Positions 57,734 to 64,000 of a DNA stretch of 64,000 nt are shown here, in pieces. The first letter of the stretch is position 1; each line of letters opens with the position of its first letter. The notes under the pieces are model-generated. The model did no database searches. It was given only the letters and a program-made list of their open reading frames with translations, and had not been told where the DNA came from. The DNA is from Candidatus Omnitrophota bacterium (lineage in GTDB: Bacteria; Omnitrophota; Gorgyraeia; Tantalellales; Tantalellaceae). The position numbers and the translations under genes were made by a program. The stretch lies in contig DAONGE010000006.1 of assembly GCA_035403965.1 (NCBI GenBank), forward strand, positions 6,521 to 70,520. Direction: 5' to 3'.

Positions 57734-58750
57734 ATGATAATAGTTGTAAACCCCAAAGCGTCAAAAAAAACTATTACCCACATAATGGACAAGATATCGA
57801 AGCTAGGTCTTAAACCTTGGATATCAAGGGGAGTAGAGCGTTCGATAATAGGAATCATAGGAAAAGAAGAGCTACTTAATGTTGAGGCTTTCAAGGGGAT
57901 GGACGGTGTCGAAGAAGTTCTGCCTATACTTAAACCGTATAAATTGGCTTCGCTCGAACATAGGTCCAAACCCAGCGAGATCCCGATAGGAAATGGGATA
58001 GTCGTAGGAGGCAAAAAGATCATAGTTATGGCAGGCCCGTGTTCCGTAGAGGGAAAAGCGATGATAATCGATGTGGCGAAAAGCGTAAAAAAATCCGGAG
58101 CCGTTGTTTTGCGAGGGGGTGCTTTTAAACCGCGTACGAACCCATACAGCTTTCAAGGGTTAGGGGCAGAGGGACTTGAGTATTTACTCGAGGCCAAGAA
58201 GAAAACCGGTCTTTTGATCGTCTCCGAAATAATGGATGTTCGCAATATGGATCTTATGACCAAATATGCGGATATTGTCCAGATAGGCGCCAGGAATATG
58301 CAGAATTTCGATCTTTTGAAGGAAGCCGGAAAGATCGATAAGCCCGTTCTTTTGAAGAGGGGGATGTCGAATACTATTAAGGAATTATTGATGAGTGCGG
58401 AGTATATTCTGGCCGGAGGGAATCCTAACGTCATGTTGTGCGAAAGAGGGGTCAGGACGTTTGAAGATTTTACGAGATTTACGCTAGATATAAACGCGGT
58501 GCCTGCGATTAAGTCGCTTAGCCATTTGCCGGTCATCGTGGATCCTTCACATGCTACCGGGCGGTGGGGTCTGGTAGAAAGTGTTTCACGTGCCGCTGTC
58601 GCCGCGGGTGCTGACGGGCTGATAATCGAGGTTCATCCAAAGCCGGAGGATGCGTTCTCGGACGGTAATCAGTCACTGCTTCCTAAAACCTTCGACTCTT
58701 TAATGAAAGGCCTTAAAAAAGTCGCTAAAGCCGTAGGTCGTGAGATATAA
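57734..58750 (+). CDS. aroF: 3-deoxy-7-phosphoheptulonate (DAHP) synthase, type I-beta with an N-terminal ferredoxin-like regulatory domain
   Basis: The first ~70 aa form a small regulatory domain, followed by the DAHP synthase I core (GPCSVEG; KPRTNPYSFQG; the same family as kdsA). Confidence 0.85.
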   Translation: MIIVVNPKASKKTITHIMDKISKLGLKPWISRGVERSIIGIIGKEELLNVEAFKGMDGVEEVLPILKPYKLASLEHRSKPSEIPIGNGIVVGGKKIIVMAGPCSVEGKAMIIDVAKSVKKSGAVVLRGGAFKPRTNPYSFQGLGAEGLEYLLEAKKKTGLLIVSEIMDVRNMDLMTKYADIVQIGARNMQNFDLLKEAGKIDKPVLLKRGMSNTIKELLMSAEYILAGGNPNVMLCERGVRTFEDFTRFTLDINAVPAIKSLSHLPVIVDPSHATGRWGLVESVSRAAVAAGADGLIIEVHPKPEDAFSDGNQSLLPKTFDSLMKGLKKVAKAVGREI

Positions 58751-58762
58751 AAAGACGGTGAT

Positions 58763-59611
58763 ATGAAATTTAAAAAAGTTGTTATCATAGGGGCGGGGTT
58801 AATAGGTGGGTCGATCGGAAAGGCCCTGCTCAGGAAACGTATAGCGGAAAATGTTACCGGGATTTTTCGCAGGAGAATATCTCTTCAGAAAGCACTGAAA
58901 GAAAAAGCAGTTACAGAAGCATGCCTTGGAATAAGTAAAAAAGCCCTCTCGAATGCGGAGATAGTTTTTATCGCTACTCCGGTTTCCTCAATAAGAAAAG
59001 TGATAGATGGAATAAAGCCCTACATAGGTAAGGAGACTATCGTTACGGATGCAGGAAGCATAAAAAAAGAAATTGTAGAATATGCTGATCGGTTCCACGA
59101 TAAGTTCAGGTTTGTTGGCGGGCATCCTCTTGCAGGGCTGGAGAAAACAGGTGTCGAAAGTTCCTCTGCTGATCTTTATAACGGCGCGATATGCGTGTTG
59201 ACCGGTACTAAATTCACGGATCCGTTGGCGCTTGCAGCAGTTAAAGAAGTATGGGAAAGGATGGGCGCCGCTGTTGATATCCTTTCGCCTGATAAACACG
59301 ATGAAATACTTGCATTCACAAGTCATCTGCCCCATGCTGTAGCATATGCGCTCGCCGGGGTGCAAAACGAGGATCATCGTCGATATGCAGCTTCCGGCTT
59401 TAGGGATACTACGCGCATAGCATCTTCTGATCCGGAATTGTGGGCCGATATATTTTCCGGTAATAGAAAAAATATGATCGCCGCTATAAAAACATTCAGG
59501 GTGGTTCTAAACGATATTGAAAAAAAGATTGTGCGTAATGATAAAAATGGGCTTAGAAAAAAATTGGGTTTTTGCAAAGGGGTACGCGATGGTATTTTTC
59601 AAAAATCTTGA
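58763..59611 (+). CDS. tyrA: Prephenate dehydrogenase
   Basis: Rossmann motif (KVVIIGAGLIGGSIGKAL). PDH_N/PDH_C layout. 282 aa. Confidence 0.8.
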   Translation: MKFKKVVIIGAGLIGGSIGKALLRKRIAENVTGIFRRRISLQKALKEKAVTEACLGISKKALSNAEIVFIATPVSSIRKVIDGIKPYIGKETIVTDAGSIKKEIVEYADRFHDKFRFVGGHPLAGLEKTGVESSSADLYNGAICVLTGTKFTDPLALAAVKEVWERMGAAVDILSPDKHDEILAFTSHLPHAVAYALAGVQNEDHRRYAASGFRDTTRIASSDPELWADIFSGNRKNMIAAIKTFRVVLNDIEKKIVRNDKNGLRKKLGFCKGVRDGIFQKS

Positions 59612-60287
59612 AGCAGTGGCGATAGATGGTCCAGCGGGAAGTGGAAAAAGCACAATTAGCAAACTTGTTGCCGAAAAGCTTGGATACGTTTACATCGATA
59701 CCGGCGCGATGTATCGCGCGTTGACATACAAGGTGATGAAGAATAATATCCCGTTTGCCGATACTGTTGCTATCGTAGGGTTATCTAAGGATTTAGATAT
59801 AACGCTTATGCCTTCGCAAAGCTCCGATATGAGCATTCAGGTGTTTTTGGATGGGGAAGATGTTAGTAAAGTTATCAGGACCCTGGAGGTCTCTGGTAAT
59901 GTGAAACATGTTGCCAGTGTGCCGGATGTTCGGGCAAATCTTGTTACACTTCAGCGTAAGTTGGTATCAGGTATGAATGGGGCGGTAATGGAGGGGCGCG
60001 ATATCGGTACGGTAGTTTTGCCGAACGCTAAATATAAAATATATCTTGATGCTGAGTTCGACGAAAGAGTTGAAAGACGAAGAAAAGAGCTTGTTCTCAA
60101 AGGGACGCCGGCTACGCGAGAAGAAGTCGCTGAGGATCTAAAACAGCGTGACCATGCCGATAAAACGCGCAAGGTAGGCCCTTTAAAAAAAGCAGATGAC
60201 GCGGTGCTTCTCGATACTACGGGGCTTTCGATCGAGCAGGTTGTAGACAGAATTGTGGGAATAGTAAGAGGTAGTGAGAGAAAATAA
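59601..60287 (+). CDS. cmk: Cytidylate kinase
   Basis: AIDGPAGSGKST P-loop and IDTGAMYRA. The start was moved to the internal Met, giving the typical ~228-aa length. Upstream of rpsA, as in many bacteria. Confidence 0.9.
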   Translation, partial: KNLEAVAIDGPAGSGKSTISKLVAEKLGYVYIDTGAMYRALTYKVMKNNIPFADTVAIVGLSKDLDITLMPSQSSDMSIQVFLDGEDVSKVIRTLEVSGNVKHVASVPDVRANLVTLQRKLVSGMNGAVMEGRDIGTVVLPNAKYKIYLDAEFDERVERRRKELVLKGTPATREEVAEDLKQRDHADKTRKVGPLKKADDAVLLDTTGLSIEQVVDRIVGIVRGSERK

Positions 60288-60916
60288 TGTTTAAAAATAT
60301 CGGATATTTTATATCCCGGACATGTTTTGAGATCTTCATACGTGTAAATTTTAAATTGCGGTTTCATGGTAAAGAAAATATCCCGAAGCCCCCGTTTATC
60401 GCTACGTCGAATCATGTCAGTTATCTTGACCCCCCCGCGGTAGGAATAGCCTGTGGAAAATACCCTTTGGATTTTATGGCAAAAAAGGAGCTGTTTGATT
60501 CTAAATTCGGCCGTTGGTGGTGCAACTGGGTGAACTGTATTGAAGTTAAGCGTGGGGAGAACAGCGTGAAAAGTTTGAAGGAGGCGCTGGAACGTCTTAA
60601 AAAAGGCCGGTCTGTCGGCATCTTCCCGGAAGGGACGCGTTCCGAAGACGGCAATTTACAGGAAGCCAAAAGGGGTGTCGGTTTTCTCATCGCTAAAGCG
60701 AAAGTCCCGGTCGTTCCGGCGTATGTATCCGGCACAGAGAAGGCCATGCCTAAGGGCGGTGGGATAAAAAGAGGGACGGAGATCAATGTGTATGTAGGGG
60801 AACCGATCCTGCCTGAGGAGTTTAACGCGCTTGTGAAAGAAAAAGATTATGGTGCTGTTGCAAATATGCTGATGGATAGGATCGCGGCGATCAAAGAAAA
60901 GGTGGATAAAAACTAA
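60287..60916 (+). CDS. plsC: 1-acyl-sn-glycerol-3-phosphate acyltransferase
   Basis: HxxxxD motif (SNHVSYLD) and FPEGTRS motif. Confidence 0.8.
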   Translation: MFKNIGYFISRTCFEIFIRVNFKLRFHGKENIPKPPFIATSNHVSYLDPPAVGIACGKYPLDFMAKKELFDSKFGRWWCNWVNCIEVKRGENSVKSLKEALERLKKGRSVGIFPEGTRSEDGNLQEAKRGVGFLIAKAKVPVVPAYVSGTEKAMPKGGGIKRGTEINVYVGEPILPEEFNALVKEKDYGAVANMLMDRIAAIKEKVDKN

Positions 60917-61014
60917 CGGCGTTAAGCGAATATCGTCGCATAAAAATATTGCATCTCTGGATAAAAAAAAGTATAATAATAAGCCTTAAATCTCAAAAAA
61001 AGGAGTTGGTTGAA

Positions 61015-62622
61015 GTGGAATTCGAAAACGAAAAAGCTGTAAACAGCGAGCTCGCGAGCTTGTACGAGCAAAGTATTTCTGATATAAAGGAGGGTGCGAT
61101 AATAGAGGGTACCGTCGTCCAGCTCGGCGACAAGGATATCCTGGTGGACATCGGATACAAATCCGAAGGTCTTGTTCATAAATCTGAGATTTTTGAACCT
61201 GAAAGCCTAAAGATAGGCAGCAAAATAGATGTCTACGTTGAAACCAAAGAAAATGATAACGGGATGGTAGTTCTTTCCCATGAAAAAGCCAGAAAACTTA
61301 AAGGCTGGCAGAACGTAATAGAGAACCATAAAGAAGGCGATACGCTTGAGGGTAAGGTTATTCGCAAGGTTCGTGGCGGTTTTATGGTCGATGTGGGAAT
61401 GGAAGCCTTTTTACCGGCAAGTCTTTCCGCTATGCAGGATGTAGGCGGTGCGGATAATCTGGTAGGCTATAAACTCGCTTTCAAGATAGTCAAAATCAAT
61501 GTTCCGAGAAAGAACATAGTTCTTTCCAGAAAAGAGATCGTCGATGAAAAGAAACGCGAAGAGAAAGAAGCCATACTTCAGACGCTGAATAAGGGTGACA
61601 TCGTTAAAGGTATCGTTCGTAATATCACCGATTTTGGGGCTTTTATCGATATTGGCGGCGGAATTACCGGACTTCTTCATATCACGGATATGAGCTGGGG
61701 GAGAGTATCCCGTCCGACTGAGATCATGAAAGTCGGAGATGAGGTCGAAGTGAAAATACTCGATTTCGACAAAACGAATATGAGAGTATCTCTCGGTCTT
61801 AAGCAGAAAACACAGAATCCATGGGAGACGATAGATTCAAAGTTTTCCGAAGGCAGCGTAGTATTGGGGAAAGTCGTGAATATTATGCCATACGGTGTTT
61901 TTGTCGAACTTGAGCAGGGAGTGGAAGGTTTGATACATATTTCCGAATTTTCGTGGGCAAAGAAATATGATCATCCGAGTGAAAGGTTCAATGTCGGCGA
62001 TAAAGTTAAGGCTATGGTCCTTAAAATAGATAAGGCCAACCAGAAGTTATCGCTCGGCCTTAAACAGCTTGAGGATGATCCATGGAAAGGCGTGGAACAG
62101 CGTTTCCATGTTGGAGATAAGGTTGCCGGGACGGTCAATACGTTAACCGATTACGGCGCGTTTGTCGAACTTGAACCTGGGATTGAAGGGCTTGCTCATG
62201 TTTCGGATCTTTCGTGGACAAAGAGGATAAACCATCCGAAGGAGCTTCTTAAAAAAGGCGATAAAGTCGACGCGATGATACTGAACGTGGATGAGCAGAA
62301 CAGAAGGATCGCGCTTGGCGTGAAACAGCTTATGAAGGATCCATGGGATGATATCGCGAAAAGGTATGAGGCTAATAAGATATGTGACGGTAAGGTGACC
62401 AATATAACCAATTTTGGTATGTTCGTAGAACTTGAAAAAGATCTCGAGGGGCTCCTGCATGTTTCGGAGATCCCGCTTGAAGCGAATAAGCGTATGGAAG
62501 ATACGTTCAAGATCAACGATAGTATCAGAGTGAAAGTTATACATATCGACGGGGTGCAGAAGAAGATCGCGTTGAGCTTAAAGAATGTGGATGGCTCGGC
62601 GAGTTCGGAAACTGTGGCCTAA
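61015..62622 (+). CDS. rpsA: 30S ribosomal protein S1
   Basis: Repeated S1 domains (GxV.G.V....FGAFV.L..G..GL.H.S). GTG start after an AAGGAG RBS; the ORF-track start at 60949 is probably too far upstream. Confidence 0.88.
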   Translation: MEFENEKAVNSELASLYEQSISDIKEGAIIEGTVVQLGDKDILVDIGYKSEGLVHKSEIFEPESLKIGSKIDVYVETKENDNGMVVLSHEKARKLKGWQNVIENHKEGDTLEGKVIRKVRGGFMVDVGMEAFLPASLSAMQDVGGADNLVGYKLAFKIVKINVPRKNIVLSRKEIVDEKKREEKEAILQTLNKGDIVKGIVRNITDFGAFIDIGGGITGLLHITDMSWGRVSRPTEIMKVGDEVEVKILDFDKTNMRVSLGLKQKTQNPWETIDSKFSEGSVVLGKVVNIMPYGVFVELEQGVEGLIHISEFSWAKKYDHPSERFNVGDKVKAMVLKIDKANQKLSLGLKQLEDDPWKGVEQRFHVGDKVAGTVNTLTDYGAFVELEPGIEGLAHVSDLSWTKRINHPKELLKKGDKVDAMILNVDEQNRRIALGVKQLMKDPWDDIAKRYEANKICDGKVTNITNFGMFVELEKDLEGLLHVSEIPLEANKRMEDTFKINDSIRVKVIHIDGVQKKIALSLKNVDGSASSETVA

Positions 62623-62650
62623 TACGCAGTATCTTGAAATAAAAATAAAA

Positions 62651-62680
62651 GTGCGGGGTTTTACCCCGCACTTTTATTTT
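62651..62680. terminator. Bidirectional rho-independent terminator between convergent rpsA and the minus-strand gene
   Basis: GTGCGGGGT-ttt-ACCCCGCAC, a perfect 9-bp stem, flanked by an A-tract upstream and a T-tract downstream. Confidence 0.7.
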
Positions 62681-62711
62681 TAGTAGTATCCTGGGTTTTT
62701 ACCTTTGAGAT

Positions 62712-63239
62712 TCATTTACGATCAAAAAATGGATTTTTCCCAGTTGCTGAAAGAGGTATACCTATGGCTTGAATGCAGTCGGGAGAGGTAAGCCCGCATT
62801 CTATTGCGGCTTTACCGATCGAGAACATAAGCCTATTATCCGCATGCGCGTGTGAGGCCAAAGCAGCCGCGGAGCCAAGGGCTATTCCCAGATCCATCGA
62901 ATTGAAGGCGCAGGCGCCGTTCGTGTCCTGAAGTTCTTTACATGTTCTATGTCCGCAAAAACCACAATTCAGTCCGACAGTTTGTTTTTTTGTCGATATC
63001 AGTACGATATGGTCGATATTCTCTATATTTGACGCGTCACGTACGAAGCTGGGGCGGTTGTCGCGCGTTGAGATCTCCTTCATTTTAGAAATGACGCTGA
63101 GCTTTTCCTGTTGAGATAATATAATAATCTCCAAATTATCGATACCGCGAGTTTTCGGCGCAGTGCGCGCGGCGATACACATTTTTTTTGCCGTGGACAA
63201 AAGAGCGTCTTTTTGTATTTCGTTATAATTGATGGGCAT
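62712..63239 (-). CDS. Hypothetical Cys-motif protein (possibly DUF2148 / ferredoxin-domain-containing family)
   Basis: The only convincing minus-strand gene. A GGAG-type RBS precedes the Met of MPINYNEIQKD. Contains a CGFCGHRTC...C motif. Family assignment is a weak recollection only. Confidence 0.45.
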   Translation of the reverse strand: MPINYNEIQKDALLSTAKKMCIAARTAPKTRGIDNLEIIILSQQEKLSVISKMKEISTRDNRPSFVRDASNIENIDHIVLISTKKQTVGLNCGFCGHRTCKELQDTNGACAFNSMDLGIALGSAAALASHAHADNRLMFSIGKAAIECGLTSPDCIQAIGIPLSATGKNPFFDRK

Positions 63240-63336
63240 GATCATCTCCTTTTTGAATAATATTATACATTTAACTTGGGCTTTTGTCGAAATCGAGCTT
63301 GAGGTAAACATTCTTCTGTGTTAAAATACCCGAACT

Positions 63337-64000
63337 ATGAAACCGGTTAACGAGCAAATAGAGCTGATAAAAAGAGGGGCTTCGGAGATCATTGAGATAT
63401 CTGAGCTCAAGGAGAAACTGTCTAAAGGTAAACCCCTTGTTATAAAGGCGGGGTTTGATCCTTCGGCGCCGGACCTCCATTTGGGGCATACGGTCCTTCT
63501 TCAGAAGCTGAAAAACTTTCAAGATTTAGGCCATGACGTCCATCTTCTTATAGGCGACTTTACCGGTCGTATAGGGGATCCGTCGGGGCGTTCTAAGACC
63601 AGGAAGCAATTGTCCCAGGAAGAGGTCGAAGTAAATGCGAAGTCGTATACAAGGCAAGCTTTTAAGATACTGGATGAAAAGAAGACCAAGGTCGTATTTA
63701 ACAGCGAATGGTGTTCTAAGCTGGGGACCGAAGGAATCTTTAACCTGGCTTCAAGATATACGGTTGCCCGTATGCTGGAAAGGGATGATTTTCTTAAAAG
63801 ATATAAGGGGAATGAGCCGATATCCGTACTTGAGTTTTTATACCCATTACTACAAGGGTATGATTCTGTTGTAATGAAAGCGGATGTGGAGCTCGGTGGT
63901 ACCGATCAAAAGTTCAATCTGCTTGTAGGTAGGGATCTACAGCGGAGTTTTGGGGTTGAGCCTCAGATCATATTGACCATGCCGATACTAGAAGGTTTGG
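63337..64000 (+). CDS. tyrS: Tyrosine--tRNA ligase (5' part; continues beyond the window)
   Basis: Translation from the ATG at 63337 gives ...[17 protein letters not shown]..., the class I HIGH region of TyrS. It is open to the window end. The ORF-track entry 63635-63874 is an out-of-frame artefact. Confidence 0.85.
   Translation, partial: MKPVNEQIELIKRGASEIIEISELKEKLSKGKPLVIKAGFDPSAPDLHLGHTVLLQKLKNFQDLGHDVHLLIGDFTGRIGDPSGRSKTRKQLSQEEVEVNAKSYTRQAFKILDEKKTKVVFNSEWCSKLGTEGIFNLASRYTVARMLERDDFLKRYKGNEPISVLEFLYPLLQGYDSVVMKADVELGGTDQKFNLLVGRDLQRSFGVEPQIILTMPILEGL

Noticed and set aside
63240-63336. T-box riboswitch upstream of tyrS
   Set aside because: Only ~95 nt separate the divergent genes. 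That is too short for a T-box leader (~250 nt), and no T-box consensus (AATTAGGGTGGNACCGCG) is present.
1-64000. CRISPR arrays, IS elements, integrases or prophage genes
   Set aside because: No direct-repeat or spacer arrays, transposase motifs (DDE) or phage structural genes were seen. xerC at 10831 is the chromosomal dif recombinase, sitting in the conserved dprA-topA-xerC context.

Overview
The window is a dense bacterial chromosomal segment with about 60 protein genes. All but one are on the + strand, and many have overlapping or abutting stop/start codons, which is typical of long operons. No rRNA, tRNA, CRISPR array, IS element or integrase cassette was recognisable by eye. Gene content from 5' to 3' is listed below.

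- **1-4.2 kb:** branched-chain and aromatic amino-acid genes (ilvH, ilvC, leuA/cimA, aroE).
- **4.2-7.6 kb:** a prepilin peptidase, aroC, and an unusual shikimate-kinase-PAS-HD-GYP fusion.
- **7.6-11.7 kb:** dprA, topA, xerC.
- **11.7-33.2 kb:** a very large LPS inner-core / lipid A / Kdo / Lpt super-cluster.
  - Core and lipid A genes: waaA, lpxK, an LpxL fused to an ELM1/DUF1022-like domain, a GT4-GT9 fusion, a GT4, and three GT9 heptosyltransferases with an embedded Macro-domain gene.
  - Redox, heptose and Kdo genes: a secreted peroxiredoxin, trxA, a kinase-only hldE, kdsB, kdsA, kdsD, kdsC.
  - Late acylation and export genes: a second LpxL-family acyltransferase, a single LptC/LptA-like gene, lptB.
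  - The preQ1/queuosine operon queD-queC-queE-queF is inserted in the middle of this cluster.
- **33.3-47.5 kb:** hpf, tig, clpP, a class-V aminotransferase with serA, a Q-rich secreted hypothetical, purA, uppS, cdsA, dxr, rseP, ispG, proS.
- **47.5-48.5 kb:** a stand-alone PilZ c-di-GMP receptor and an AT-rich ~600 bp spacer with a small secreted ORF.
- **48.5-62.6 kb:** rimP-nusA-infB, trpS, scpA, scpB, pheA, hisC, a DAHP synthase, tyrA, cmk, plsC, rpsA.
- **62.7-64.0 kb:** one minus-strand Cys-motif hypothetical and the start of tyrS.

The LPS machinery marks a diderm bacterium. Compactness, the strong strand bias and the multidomain fusions suggest an uncultivated lineage; this is inference, and I cannot assign the phylum from sequence alone.

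The most interesting items, all inferred from domain motifs I can read in the translations rather than from database hits, are:
- the AroK-PAS-HD-GYP fusion;
- a Macro (ADP-ribose-binding) domain gene translationally coupled between ADP-heptose-using GT9 heptosyltransferases;
- an LpxL-ELM1/DUF1022 fusion;
- a leader with a duplicated start region and three hairpins in front of a heptosyltransferase;
- a degenerate heptamer repeat where rpoN normally sits between lptB and hpf.
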